DNA of 64,000 nucleotides, from the IMG/VR virus record IMGVR_UViG_3300037067_015653, positions 1,221 through 65,220 of that record. The stretch is one strand, 5' to 3'. The position numbers and the translations under genes were made by a program. Positions within the stretch are counted from its first letter, which is position 1, and the number at the start of each line of letters is the position of its first letter. This DNA is from a virus. The notes under the pieces are model-generated. The model was not told where the DNA came from. It ran no database searches and saw nothing but the letters and a program-made list of their open reading frames with translations. This document shows positions 17,187 to 27,211 of this stretch, piece after piece.

Positions 17187-18095
17187 TTAATCTAAAGCTT
17201 TTTTTATTTTTTTTTTCGTCCCTATACTAATATTATTGTCTTTTTTGATGTAATTTGCTAAATTTTGTTGAAAATTATTTCCAAATTCATGTTTACCACT
17301 TAAACTTTCAACAAAAGCATTCATTTTATTTTCTTCATTCTTTTTAATATCCAAATACTTTCTATCAATCACGTTTTTTTCAATATTAAAAAGAATTCTT
17401 TCTATCTTTGTATCTTCATACATCACATAAAAACCAGGTTCAAAATCAATTTGATCAGCATCCATACGCAGCATAGAACCAATATTTATTACCTGACAAT
17501 CATTCACATAATCAGCAAAATTTAAATGATTATGACCACAAAAAATAAAATCAAACCCTGGTAATTTTTCCGTCAATTGTTCAGGTGTTATACTTCCTGG
17601 AAATTTATCTAATGAAATAAATTCATGAACCAGAGCAATATCTATTTTTGATTTTCTTGTTTTTTTATGGAAAGCACTTCCATTATTTAAAAATTCGCCA
17701 TAATGAAATCCCTGAACAGTAAAAAAATTTGTCTCATATATTATTTTAAAAACACTATCCGAACTTAGCAATTCTATTTTTTTTGCTTTTTTAACAACAT
17801 TTAAAGAACTTTTTTCTAAATCAACTATTCTATGATTTGGTAAATCATGATTACCGGGAATAGTAAAAAGTCTATTAGGTAAATTATCAATTAACCACCC
17901 TTCTAAATAAGGACTTATTTTATATGTATCAAGTAAATCACCACAATCAAAAACAGGACAATCATTTTTTTCTTGTAATTCTTTTATTTGATTTAGTTTT
18001 TTACTTTGTGTTTCAAAATAATTATCTACTCTGCATTTTGGATTTGATTCACGAAAATGCCAATCCGATACAAATATTGCTATTATTTTTTTCAT
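17187..18095 (-). CDS. sbcD: Mre11/SbcD (gp47-like) metallophosphoesterase nuclease
   Basis: SDWH, GDLLD, PGNHD, GHNH, NIGS. Confidence 0.9.
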   Translation of the reverse strand: MKKIIAIFVSDWHFRESNPKCRVDNYFETQSKKLNQIKELQEKNDCPVFDCGDLLDTYKISPYLEGWLIDNLPNRLFTIPGNHDLPNHRIVDLEKSSLNVVKKAKKIELLSSDSVFKIIYETNFFTVQGFHYGEFLNNGSAFHKKTRKSKIDIALVHEFISLDKFPGSITPEQLTEKLPGFDFIFCGHNHLNFADYVNDCQVINIGSMLRMDADQIDFEPGFYVMYEDTKIERILFNIEKNVIDRKYLDIKKNEENKMNAFVESLSGKHEFGNNFQQNLANYIKKDNNISIGTKKKIKKALD

Positions 18096-18283
18096 TCTAT
18101 TTCACCATAAGTAACCTTAAAATCGGCATCTTCCCATTCAGATTTATAATTTTGTCTACTTTTTACAAGAATAGAAAAATTAGAGTCATTAATTTTATGA
18201 TTTAACTTGCTTTCTAATTCTCTTTTAATTATTCTTATTACTTCTTGTCTTGATATTTCAATTTCTATTTTCATTTTAATCAC
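18092..18283 (-). CDS. Hypothetical protein
   Basis: Overlapping start/stop with neighbours. Confidence 0.55.
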   Translation of the reverse strand: MIKMKIEIEISRQEVIRIIKRELESKLNHKINDSNFSILVKSRQNYKSEWEDADFKVTYGEIE

Positions 18284-18471
18284 CCATTATTTTCATAAAT
18301 TTTTTGTGAAATATTATCAATTGCTTGTTCTTGTTTTTCAGTAACGTGATTATTTTTCATAATCCATTCTCGAATTCCCTCAATTGTTTCAAAACACCAT
18401 TCATTATCAATATCATCCAAAATTTCATCACAAATATTTAATTGTTCTTCCCATTCACAATTAGCACACAT
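18280..18471 (-). CDS. Hypothetical protein (N-terminal CxxC)
   Basis: MCANC...HVTEKQEQAIDNI; GGGG RBS. Confidence 0.6.
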   Translation of the reverse strand: MCANCEWEEQLNICDEILDDIDNEWCFETIEGIREWIMKNNHVTEKQEQAIDNISQKIYENNG

Positions 18472-18482
18472 AATAAAACCCC

Positions 18483-18839
18483 CTAAATTTCAAGTAAATA
18501 TGGTTTTTTAAAAATTATTCCATCTAATTGTAATAATTCTTTAAAATTTAATCTAATCTCTATGTCACAATACAATTCTTGTTTTGCTCTTATTTCAAAA
18601 GACTTGTCTTTATTTTCATTTAAAAAATCCATAAATCGACCATTGTCTACATAATTTATATTAATTCCATACCAAATAAATTCATTATCACAATCGACCA
18701 TAACAACATCAAAAATATGAGAATCAAACAAATCAATATAAAATTTTTTAGCTTCTTCTACATTTTCAGCAGCTATGTATTTTTCTTCTAACCCAATAAA
18801 TTTAAAAACTTTCATTTTCAATCTCCCAAAAAAGGACAA
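18483..18839 (-). CDS. Hypothetical protein
   Basis: In operon; true start probably MKVFKF after GGAG. Confidence 0.55.
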   Translation of the reverse strand: MSFFGRLKMKVFKFIGLEEKYIAAENVEEAKKFYIDLFDSHIFDVVMVDCDNEFIWYGININYVDNGRFMDFLNENKDKSFEIRAKQELYCDIEIRLNFKELLQLDGIIFKKPYLLEI

Positions 18840-19876
18840 TTTTTATTAATGCACTCTTTAGGAATTAAAGATTTGAATTGATTATTCAATTTATCTAAAT
18901 CTAAATTATTTAATGAAAAAGAATCATTTAAATATTCTAAATCATCAATAATATTTTTTAATTTTTCAATTTTTACTTTTTTATTATCAAGAATAGAATT
19001 TAATCCATCAACCTCTAAAATATTTTTTTCAATTCCAACATAAACATTTATTTTTTCTATCGATGAATTACATGTGATAATATTATTATACAAACTAATT
19101 AACGAGGATAAACAATCTTTTTGTTTATTTAAATTCAATCTAAATACATCAAAATCATTAACTTTTTCCTCAATTTTAATACAAGAATTCATTTTTTCTA
19201 TTATTTTATGACAATCAATAATATTATTAATTAATAATTCGATGTTTTCTTTATCTTCTTTTTTATTATCCAAACACTTTTCAAATTTATCAGCAAAATT
19301 GATTAACAACTCAATATTTTCTAAATTTTCATAATTACTTAATTGATCTTGATTTTGTTTTAATATTTCTCTTTCTGTATTTAATTTATCCTCAAATTGT
19401 TTTTTTATTTTTGAAATATTCGCCAAAGTCTTATCAATTATATCAAGATTAATTATTTCATTAATATAACGAGCAACCTCACCAGACGAATTAGAAAAAA
19501 GAAAAGGAGCATCCATTTGATACTGAAAATTAACACTGGACATATTTAGTATTTTTTTTATTTCTTCCGGAACATCCTGACCAAAGGCTTTAAATGGATT
19601 TTTATAATCATTATCTAGAATGTATAAATTTTCAGTATCGTTTTTTACTCTCTCAATAACATGATTATTAATTTCAATTTTACATGATGTTTCCCCTCCC
19701 CAATCACTACGAAAAAAATCCCCCCCAGGTCTATTATTTATTAACCAGTTTATTGATCGTAAAATTACAGATTTTCCAGAACCAGACGACCCTACAATTA
19801 CATTTACCCCATTTGATAACTCTAATTCTGTTTTTTTATGTGATTGATAATTTTCAATGTTTATTTTTTTAATCAT
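18818..19876 (-). CDS. sbcC: Rad50/SbcC (gp46-like) N-terminal ATPase half + coiled coil
   Basis: IENYQSH, GSSGSGKS Walker A, QYQMDAPF Q-loop, coiled coil, terminal CINKNCP; no Walker B. Confidence 0.88.
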   Translation of the reverse strand: MIKKINIENYQSHKKTELELSNGVNVIVGSSGSGKSVILRSINWLINNRPGGDFFRSDWGGETSCKIEINNHVIERVKNDTENLYILDNDYKNPFKAFGQDVPEEIKKILNMSSVNFQYQMDAPFLFSNSSGEVARYINEIINLDIIDKTLANISKIKKQFEDKLNTEREILKQNQDQLSNYENLENIELLINFADKFEKCLDNKKEDKENIELLINNIIDCHKIIEKMNSCIKIEEKVNDFDVFRLNLNKQKDCLSSLISLYNNIITCNSSIEKINVYVGIEKNILEVDGLNSILDNKKVKIEKLKNIIDDLEYLNDSFSLNNLDLDKLNNQFKSLIPKECINKNCPFLGD

Positions 19877-20190
19877 AACTCATCCAATAAATTTTTAATT
19901 GTTTCTATCATTTCCAATGAAGGTATATCCTGACTTATAACTGAAAACTTTTTAAATGTTTCCAATTGACTTTTTATATTATCAGTTTTTTCAATAATAC
20001 TTATTGCTATTTGAGCCAATATGGGAATTATAATTGATATTTTTCCCATATTTGGAATAGTTTCTTCCGTTTTTATTATAGAAGCAATAGCATGAACTAC
20101 TTTTCCTTTTCCAACTTCCAGTAAAGCATCTTTAATAATCTCTTTCTTTTTTTCCTCACTAAAATTTAAAAATTCTTCTAAACTCTCCAT
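19873..20190 (-). CDS. Hypothetical protein
   Basis: GGAGGA RBS, in operon. Confidence 0.6.
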   Translation of the reverse strand: MESLEEFLNFSEEKKKEIIKDALLEVGKGKVVHAIASIIKTEETIPNMGKISIIIPILAQIAISIIEKTDNIKSQLETFKKFSVISQDIPSLEMIETIKNLLDEL

Positions 20191-20201
20191 TTAAAATCCT
20201 C

Positions 20202-21305
20202 CTAAAATTTCTTTTTTCGTTCAACTCTCAAAGCATCCTCAACTTTATTCCACAAATCAACAACACGACTTTTTAACTCACCTTCTAAATTGTTCTTTTC
20301 AATAAATTGAATTAACTTTATGTCAGAAGTAAAAGTGTTCTTATCATCCCAAATCATATCTCTTTCTTTCTTTTCTGTTTTAATATCCCCTTCAGGAGTA
20401 ATCAAATCATATAAAAAATAAATATTGGATTTTATATCATCGATCCCATATTCATTATCAATAAACAAATAACAACTTCGACCAGATTTACCCAATTTAT
20501 TTTTTTCTACAACAACCCGAATCAATGTTGATGTTTGCCGTATAAAATTTTTTCCCTCAACCGTTACTTTTTTTCTTATTTTCTCAATAAGATAAATCCA
20601 TACTATTTGAGCCGCATAAAATTTTAAAGCTTTCCCACCTGTCCGATCTTCCTTTTTTCCATAAACAACACCTACCTTATCTCTCAATTGGGAAGTAATC
20701 ATTAAATGAATTTTTTTTTCATAAAGATCTTTAGAATGTAATCTAAAAAATTTTGATAGAGTTTTAGGTTTTCCCGAATAATCTTCTTTTATCTCAACAT
20801 CAGCATCACCTTTTTTCTTTAATGAAGCTCCCACTTTAACCATATCTTTTTCATGTTTTTTTTGTTCTCGGTTATCAGAAACACCATCTAACGAATCAAG
20901 AACATACATATAATCTTTACTTGGATCACATTTTTTACACAACTTTTCGACATTATAAATAAATTCTTCCACTGTTTCCGATTGTTTAGGAAGTAATTTT
21001 GCTTTAAATCCGAACATAAAATCAGTATCCAACGTAAACCCTGTTTCCGCATTATCAAAACAATGATCAAACTTTTTATTATTTCTGCAATTTTCCCCCA
21101 ACGTTTCACAAGCTATCATTGTTTTTCCAGTTGCTTCCCATCCGCAAATGTTAGAAATAAAACCCTTGCCCCATCCACCACCCAAACACAAATCAAGTAA
21201 AGTAATACCACTAGAAAGAAGTTCTATATCCTTTCTAGTGGTTTTTTGAATTGGATTTGATAACCGCTTTATAATTTTATCAGTCAAATCATTTTCTTTT
21301 TTCAT
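20202..21305 (-). CDS. recA: RecA/UvsX recombinase
   Basis: SSGITLLDLCLGGG, GWEATGKT, VLDSL, SQLRDKVG, TGGKALKFYA, KNKLG. Confidence 0.92.
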   Translation of the reverse strand: MKKENDLTDKIIKRLSNPIQKTTRKDIELLSSGITLLDLCLGGGWGKGFISNICGWEATGKTMIACETLGENCRNNKKFDHCFDNAETGFTLDTDFMFGFKAKLLPKQSETVEEFIYNVEKLCKKCDPSKDYMYVLDSLDGVSDNREQKKHEKDMVKVGASLKKKGDADVEIKEDYSGKPKTLSKFFRLHSKDLYEKKIHLMITSQLRDKVGVVYGKKEDRTGGKALKFYAAQIVWIYLIEKIRKKVTVEGKNFIRQTSTLIRVVVEKNKLGKSGRSCYLFIDNEYGIDDIKSNIYFLYDLITPEGDIKTEKKERDMIWDDKNTFTSDIKLIQFIEKNNLEGELKSRVVDLWNKVEDALRVERKKKF

Positions 21306-21529
21306 AATTCTAAATTTCCCACATCATCATTTGTTAATCCCAATTCTTTGCATATTTCTTTTTTATGCCTTAATCCAATATTGATTAAGGCATTTAATAA
21401 TTCATATTTTTTTATATTTCTACGTGTTTTTTTTGGATGGTGGAAAGTTATTTCATTAATCTTTTCTCTGATATTATCGATTTCAACAGTAGTTGCATCT
21501 GATAACTCATATAATTTATTATCACTCAT
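21302..21529 (-). CDS. Hypothetical protein
   Basis: AAGGA RBS, overlaps the recA start. Confidence 0.55.
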   Translation of the reverse strand: MSDNKLYELSDATTVEIDNIREKINEITFHHPKKTRRNIKKYELLNALINIGLRHKKEICKELGLTNDDVGNLEL

Positions 21530-21538
21530 TTACATTCC

Positions 21539-22660
21539 TTAAAATGGTATTTCTTTTTTTTCTGTACAATCTTCCCAATCTTTACAGGAAACACATTCTT
21601 TCTTTTTATCTGTGTCAACTCCAAATTTATGCCCAGCAGAACAAACTTTTTCTTTTTCTTCTTTTATTTTTGATCTTTTTTTGGTTTCCTTTTTTATGGA
21701 AGAACTTGTTTTTTCCAATTTTTTAATTTTTTCTTTTGCTTCTTTTATCTTTTTATTTTTTGGTTTTTCTTCTTCCTCTTCATCCCCGTTTTCTTCATCA
21801 TCTTGATTATCTTCTTCCGAATCTTCAAATAATCCATTTGAATCGTGTTCTTCATCTTCTGTTTCATTTGCAGCCACATCATCAAAATAATTATCTTCTT
21901 CCTCTTCCGTTTCATCATCTTCATCAAAATCATCACCAACAAAAGCAGCTTTGACTTGATCATATGTGGGAATAATTAATAATTCATCAAGACAAAAAAC
22001 AGATGTTAATATTTTTTCCGGAATAGCTTTATTTCTTTTCTCAAATTCAAAACTCTTATATTTTGGATAAGTCCTACCCATAAATTTTTCTTCTTTTGCT
22101 CTAAATTTGATATAATACCCATCTTCTGAAGGATCAGGAAAACAAATAATATCATCACCTTTTGAATTTTCTTTAGCCTCTTCCAATATTTCTTTTTCAA
22201 ACAAAGCGTACGAAGCATGAAAAATTTGAATCTTTCCGGGTTTTTCATCAAGACAATCCAACACATTATAAACAGCCTTTTTACTTGGGTTTAATTTTTT
22301 GATTACATCCTCATTCTCTTCATAATTTTCTTTTAATCGATCAATTTCCTCACAAATAGGACAGGCTTTCCCATAAGTTCTTTTCATACAAAGAAATTGA
22401 TCTTTATTAATTCCTACTTCTTTATGTACAAAATATTCAAGTATATATGTACTTTCTCCTTTTTTTACTTTTGGATCATTATTTGTATTTACCGGATAAG
22501 GCAAAATAATAATTTTATTTTTTTTATCATAAGATGCCTTATATAATTTAACACCTTCCGGAATGTTTAGAACCATTTCTTTATCAATCATAGAATAATC
22601 ATCACGTTTTTTATGATTCTCATTTATTCTATTTTTCATACTATTTTTATCAAAACTCAT
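21539..22660 (-). CDS. gp32-like single-stranded DNA-binding protein with acidic linker and Cys-rich C-terminus
   Basis: H..C.KRTYGKACPICE Zn motif, YNVL, long D/E tract; recombination context. Confidence 0.75.
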   Translation of the reverse strand: MSFDKNSMKNRINENHKKRDDYSMIDKEMVLNIPEGVKLYKASYDKKNKIIILPYPVNTNNDPKVKKGESTYILEYFVHKEVGINKDQFLCMKRTYGKACPICEEIDRLKENYEENEDVIKKLNPSKKAVYNVLDCLDEKPGKIQIFHASYALFEKEILEEAKENSKGDDIICFPDPSEDGYYIKFRAKEEKFMGRTYPKYKSFEFEKRNKAIPEKILTSVFCLDELLIIPTYDQVKAAFVGDDFDEDDETEEEEDNYFDDVAANETEDEEHDSNGLFEDSEEDNQDDEENGDEEEEEKPKNKKIKEAKEKIKKLEKTSSSIKKETKKRSKIKEEKEKVCSAGHKFGVDTDKKKECVSCKDWEDCTEKKEIPF

Positions 22661-22685
22661 AATTTATTCCTTATATAATTTAATT

Positions 22686-23003
22686 TTATTCTGAAATTTC
22701 ATCAAAAATAATTATGACATTATTTCCAATTATATTAGTTTTTAAACCGTTTTTTAAATCTAAAATATTTACTTTTATACAATCTCCACTACTTTCATTT
22801 TCAAAATAAGAATTTAAAAACTTTCTCTCAAAAATAATTTGTCCAGTATATGAAGAATAAGCTTTTACTATTCTGGTCAATCCCTTATTTTCAGAATCCC
22901 TGTTTTTTTCATAGGACATCCAATAAGCTTTTGAACACGAAAACAAAGCAAAAATAACCAATAAAAAAAATAAATAAAATTTTATTTTCATTAAAACCCC
23001 CAT
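22686..23003 (-). CDS. Putative lipoprotein
   Basis: Hydrophobic signal ending FALFSC. Confidence 0.55.
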   Translation of the reverse strand: MGVLMKIKFYLFFLLVIFALFSCSKAYWMSYEKNRDSENKGLTRIVKAYSSYTGQIIFERKFLNSYFENESSGDCIKVNILDLKNGLKTNIIGNNVIIIFDEISE

Positions 23004-23017
23004 TTAATAATTAATTT

Positions 23018-23749
23018 TTAATCCACATGTAAAAGCTTTTCCATTTTGTCAATTTCTTCCTGTGTTGGATCTTCCTTTTGTAATGCTTCAATAAGATTTT
23101 GCTTATATTGCAAAGGTCTATTTTCCCAATCCATAAGAACTTTTACAATTTCCATTGTTCTTACAGTAAAGCCTTTTTTAATGTATTTAGCAATTCGATA
23201 AACCTGTGCAACCGGGCAATGTATGTTTTTTATTACAAGTGTATTTGAAAAATTGAAAAAATCCTCATCCGCAATAGCTTCCAATTTATAGCTTTTTTTA
23301 GTTTTATCAAAAGCACTAAATATTTCTACTCTATAAATTGCGGCTCTGGTTATAGTAAAATCAAAATTATTCAATACTTCACTGACACTTTCATTTGAAG
23401 TATGAATAAAACCAGCATCAAAAGGTTTTATTAATTGAATTGGGTATTTACCGGAAAACGCATATTTCAGTGAGATAGCAATTGGAGAAACACGATCTTC
23501 AATATAAAGATCAGACAAAAATCTATCTTTAATTCGATCAAATGCTTCAACATTTTTACAATAAATATCAATATCCGAACACTCTTTAAAATCCTCTTTT
23601 TCTTCTAAACAAACCCGAGCAAATCCACCACAAATAAAACCATCATCCTGGATAAAATTATCAAATAAATCATTTAAAACTTTTTGAAAACGTTTTATCT
23701 GACATTTATCATATTCACTTTTATTTGATTTGATTTCAAAATCTCTCAT
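23018..23749 (-). CDS. Pol-beta-superfamily nucleotidyltransferase (CCA-adding/poly(A)-polymerase head-like)
   Basis: FICGGFAR...SDIDIY...NFDFTI. Confidence 0.75.
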   Translation of the reverse strand: MRDFEIKSNKSEYDKCQIKRFQKVLNDLFDNFIQDDGFICGGFARVCLEEKEDFKECSDIDIYCKNVEAFDRIKDRFLSDLYIEDRVSPIAISLKYAFSGKYPIQLIKPFDAGFIHTSNESVSEVLNNFDFTITRAAIYRVEIFSAFDKTKKSYKLEAIADEDFFNFSNTLVIKNIHCPVAQVYRIAKYIKKGFTVRTMEIVKVLMDWENRPLQYKQNLIEALQKEDPTQEEIDKMEKLLHVD

Positions 23750-24348
23750 TTATTCAATCCTCCTTTTATTTTATTTTGGGTACTATCCAAAATTTTTTCT
23801 TTTATACTTGGCTTTTGTTTTGGTTCTGAATTATAACCAAAAATCCAAAAGTCAGTCAATCGCTCTAAAGCCTTCTTTTTATGGTCAAAAGCATTTAAAG
23901 CACCCTTTGCAATATTTAAATTAAAACGGGCTTTATTTAAATCGGATTTCAATTTTTGATAATCTTCATTCAAAATTATTTCGTTTTTTATACTGTTTTC
24001 AGTTGGTTTTTTTTCTCGGTTTTCTTCCCTTATTTTCTTATCAAGAGTAGCTTCTAATAAATCAAGTTGATTTTCTTTGTTGGAAACTTCATCCGAACAA
24101 TATCCATGATAAATTTGCCAATTTTTAAATTTATCAGAATGACTCATAAACTCTTCATCAAGTTTTTGATCATTAATTTGAAGATCTTTATCAATGTTTA
24201 TTTTTTTAACAATATCAGACAAAGATTCTATATTTAGATATATATTTTCTTGTGTTTCCTCCTTTTCATCGTCAATTTCTAATAAAGAAAAACGTTCTTT
24301 TTTCTTATTATTTAAACTTTTCAAAACTTTGTTATTTTTATCTTCCAT
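23746..24348 (-). CDS. UvsY-like recombination mediator
   Basis: Coiled coil with KPTENSIKNEI...AFDHKKKALE; near UvsX and SSB. Confidence 0.6.
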   Translation of the reverse strand: MEDKNNKVLKSLNNKKKERFSLLEIDDEKEETQENIYLNIESLSDIVKKINIDKDLQINDQKLDEEFMSHSDKFKNWQIYHGYCSDEVSNKENQLDLLEATLDKKIREENREKKPTENSIKNEIILNEDYQKLKSDLNKARFNLNIAKGALNAFDHKKKALERLTDFWIFGYNSEPKQKPSIKEKILDSTQNKIKGGLNK

Positions 24349-24369
24349 TTTTATTTTTTCCTCCTATAA

Positions 24370-24401
24370 TATTATTATCTTTTTTAATACTTTTTGAAAA
24401 A
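24370..24401 (-). promoter_or_regulatory. Conserved phage promoter/operator motif, copy 1
   Basis: tattattatcttttttaatactttttgaaaaa; near-identical copies at 29440 and 61394, each just upstream of an RBS. Confidence 0.65.
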
Positions 24402-24406
24402 TATTT

Positions 24407-26338
24407 TTATAAAATTATCTCTTTTTTTAAATCCCAACTTTCATTTACATTAGTCATTTCAGCTTCTATTTGAAGTGGAACAATTATCCATTTAAAATAT
24501 TGCCTTACTTTTTTTGTACAAATATCTTTAATAATTTTACTCAATATCTCTAACTCTAAAGGATCTATATCAAAAATAATTGAATCATGTACCTGTCCAA
24601 TAATCATACTTTTCATATTATTTTGGATTAAAAATTCATTAATTTGAATTAAACACCAAAGCATAACATGAAAAGCAGGTCCTTGTATTTTAAAATTATT
24701 GGCCTGGTTAAATCCCATTTTTCCAGTGCATCTAAAACCAGTAATTAAATCAATATACCCCATTTCTTTATATTCTTTCCAATTATCAAATTTCCATTGC
24801 TGATATCCATAAAATAAATCACCCCAAAAATACTCTTCTATTTTTTCAATGTGTTTTTGAAACTGAAAAATATTTTTTATTCCTTTTTTCTTAAAATGTT
24901 CTTTCATTTCAGTTGTCAACATTTCCCAAATATTAAAGGTTATTTCTCCATATCTTTGATTTTCTAAAATACTATTATACATCCTACAAGTGGACCCATA
25001 AAAAGAAGGAAATACAAATCCATTTTTTGCAATAAATCTTTCTTTTTTATCAATTTCAACTTTATCTTTCATAAAAATTAAAGCTGATGTATCTGTATGC
25101 ATATTGTTTTTCTTATCTTTTACATAAGCAATCATATTCTTATCTTTATGCACACAACACCCAATAGCAACTTCCATCCCCTTAAAATCTATTTCTAACA
25201 AACATCTTCCCTTTCTAGGAACTAATGTACCTCGAGTCATTCTTTTTGCTAACTCATCCCGAATTGGTATATTTTGAAAGTTGGGATTATAAGAACTTCC
25301 GCGATAAGTTGCTGGAATTGCTAAACCAAAAAAAGGAAAAATGTAATAATTTCCATCTATTTCAACAGATTCTTTCCTAAATTGTTTTAAATAAGTATCT
25401 CTAATTTTTGATAAATGTCTATGTTCTAAAATATTTTTAGTAAAAGAAGTGTTTATTTTATTTAAAACTTCTTCATCAACCGATTCAAAATTTTTAATTG
25501 TTTTTTTAATTGAATCTTTTTTCATAATTTCAAAAAATAAATTTCTTAATTGTTTAGTACTATTAAAATTAAAACTAATGCCATTTTCAAGTAATTTAAC
25601 TTCATTTGAATTTTGTATTTCATTATTTAATTTTTTTATTTTTAATGTCAATTCAGAGTAATTTTTTTTATATTGATTGAGATCAAAAACAATGCCATTA
25701 TTTTGTATAAAAGCAAAATGTTGTATTGCCTTCATAAAAAAATCAAATCCTTTACTAATATGATCATCATTTTTAATTTCTTTAATTTGATCTAAATAAA
25801 TTTTATTTGTAAAATATGTATCATATCCACAATATTCCATAACATCTTCAATAGGAAGTTCATCTATTCGATTAAAATCATTGCTAGTTTCTGCTTCTAA
25901 ATATTTTTTTACTTTAAAATCATAATCCTCAACATTGTATTTTTCTTTTACTATTTTTTTTAAACCAGAAGAGGCCACATTATTTAAAATATGATTACAA
26001 ATCATAGTGTCCCAATACCAATTTTGAACCCAATAACCCCAAATAACTTTAATCCAATTTGCTTCAAATGGTAAATTATGAGATATTTTTTTTATTTCTT
26101 TATCTTGCAAAATTTCATGTAATTTTTTTGGATATGAATTAAAAACAACGGTTTCTTTATCCCTGGTAATCCCTATACATACTATTCTATGACCTTTTCT
26201 ATGTGGCTTTAATCCAGTTGTTTCTATATCTATAACAATAATATCATCTTTTTTAATTCGATCTAAAAAAGAAAAATCATTTAATTGAACATTTGTATAT
26301 TTTATTTTTTGTTCATCTTCAAAAAAAACTTCTTTCAT
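24407..26338 (-). CDS. polA: Family A DNA polymerase with 3'-5' exonuclease
   Basis: DIETTG, HNLPFE, YCGYD; PNFQNIP, IDFKGMEV, RFIAKNGFVFPSFYG, QVHDSI. Confidence 0.93.
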   Translation of the reverse strand: MKEVFFEDEQKIKYTNVQLNDFSFLDRIKKDDIIVIDIETTGLKPHRKGHRIVCIGITRDKETVVFNSYPKKLHEILQDKEIKKISHNLPFEANWIKVIWGYWVQNWYWDTMICNHILNNVASSGLKKIVKEKYNVEDYDFKVKKYLEAETSNDFNRIDELPIEDVMEYCGYDTYFTNKIYLDQIKEIKNDDHISKGFDFFMKAIQHFAFIQNNGIVFDLNQYKKNYSELTLKIKKLNNEIQNSNEVKLLENGISFNFNSTKQLRNLFFEIMKKDSIKKTIKNFESVDEEVLNKINTSFTKNILEHRHLSKIRDTYLKQFRKESVEIDGNYYIFPFFGLAIPATYRGSSYNPNFQNIPIRDELAKRMTRGTLVPRKGRCLLEIDFKGMEVAIGCCVHKDKNMIAYVKDKKNNMHTDTSALIFMKDKVEIDKKERFIAKNGFVFPSFYGSTCRMYNSILENQRYGEITFNIWEMLTTEMKEHFKKKGIKNIFQFQKHIEKIEEYFWGDLFYGYQQWKFDNWKEYKEMGYIDLITGFRCTGKMGFNQANNFKIQGPAFHVMLWCLIQINEFLIQNNMKSMIIGQVHDSIIFDIDPLELEILSKIIKDICTKKVRQYFKWIIVPLQIEAEMTNVNESWDLKKEIIL

Positions 26339-26550
26339 TTATTTTTTCTCCATTCATAAATTCCATAAATAGCCAAAATAAAATAAACAAAAAATAAAAA
26401 TGCTTGTGCATAAACTTCTTTATATATATCAATTAAAAACCAACTAAAATTAGTAAAAGTCCAAATTATAAAACAAATATTTTTCTTTTTTATATTTAAG
26501 AAAGTTCCAATTAAACTAAGAATTGTTATTACTATTATAAAAATATTCAT
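26335..26550 (-). CDS. Small 3-TM PnuC-like membrane protein
   Basis: LSLIGTFLNIKK...FIIW...N...YAQAFLF..Y..LAIYGIYEW. Confidence 0.65.
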   Translation of the reverse strand: MNIFIIVITILSLIGTFLNIKKKNICFIIWTFTNFSWFLIDIYKEVYAQAFLFFVYFILAIYGIYEWRKNK

Positions 26551-26934
26551 TCAATTTTCCTTATTATATTTTTTTAAATTTTCTTCTTTTCTCATCGGTT
26601 GCAAATTACTTAAACCCCAGCAAATTAGATAATCCTTATCTTTAATACAACTATAATTAAATAAAGATTTTGGTTTAATATGGTCAATATGCCAACTTCC
26701 ATAATTATCCCAATTAAAATTTTTATTTATTTCAAATAAGTTTTCAAAATGTGTATAAAAATCAAAAAAAGAAAACCCCAATATTTTAAAATACTTACTG
26801 GTATAATTTTTATTATTTTTTCTTGCAATACAGGCATTATATAAAAAATTTTTAGTTAAATATTCAATTCTAAATTTATTATCTTTTTTATAAATTTTTC
26901 TTTTGTATTTTTTCTCTCGTTTCTCTTTTTTCAA
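26551..26934 (-). CDS. HNH endonuclease
   Basis: NWDNYGSWHIDHIKP...CWGLSNLQPM...ENLKK. Confidence 0.85.
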   Translation of the reverse strand: MKKEKREKKYKRKIYKKDNKFRIEYLTKNFLYNACIARKNNKNYTSKYFKILGFSFFDFYTHFENLFEINKNFNWDNYGSWHIDHIKPKSLFNYSCIKDKDYLICWGLSNLQPMRKEENLKKYNKEN

Positions 26935-26947
26935 TTCCTATTTCCTA

Positions 26948-27211
26948 TTATTTTATTTCTTTAAATTTCCAAGTAAATCCTAATTTTTTTAAAATTTCTT
27001 GATAGGTATTCAATCTCTCTCGATAATTGTTTAAATATAATTCTTTTAATTCTTTTTCATATCTTGATCTTTTTATTCTTTTGTATTCCTTGTAAATCAT
27101 TTCATAAACAAACATTAAACAATATTCCTCTTTTTCTATAAAAATAATTTTATTTTCATTCATTCTTAACTCCTTATTTTTTATCGTATGATTTTGAAAA
27201 ATATTCTTCAC
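26948..27211 (-). CDS. Hypothetical protein
   Basis: In operon; start likely MNENK after AAGGAG. Confidence 0.5.
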   Translation of the reverse strand: MKNIFQNHTIKNKELRMNENKIIFIEKEEYCLMFVYEMIYKEYKRIKRSRYEKELKELYLNNYRERLNTYQEILKKLGFTWKFKEIK

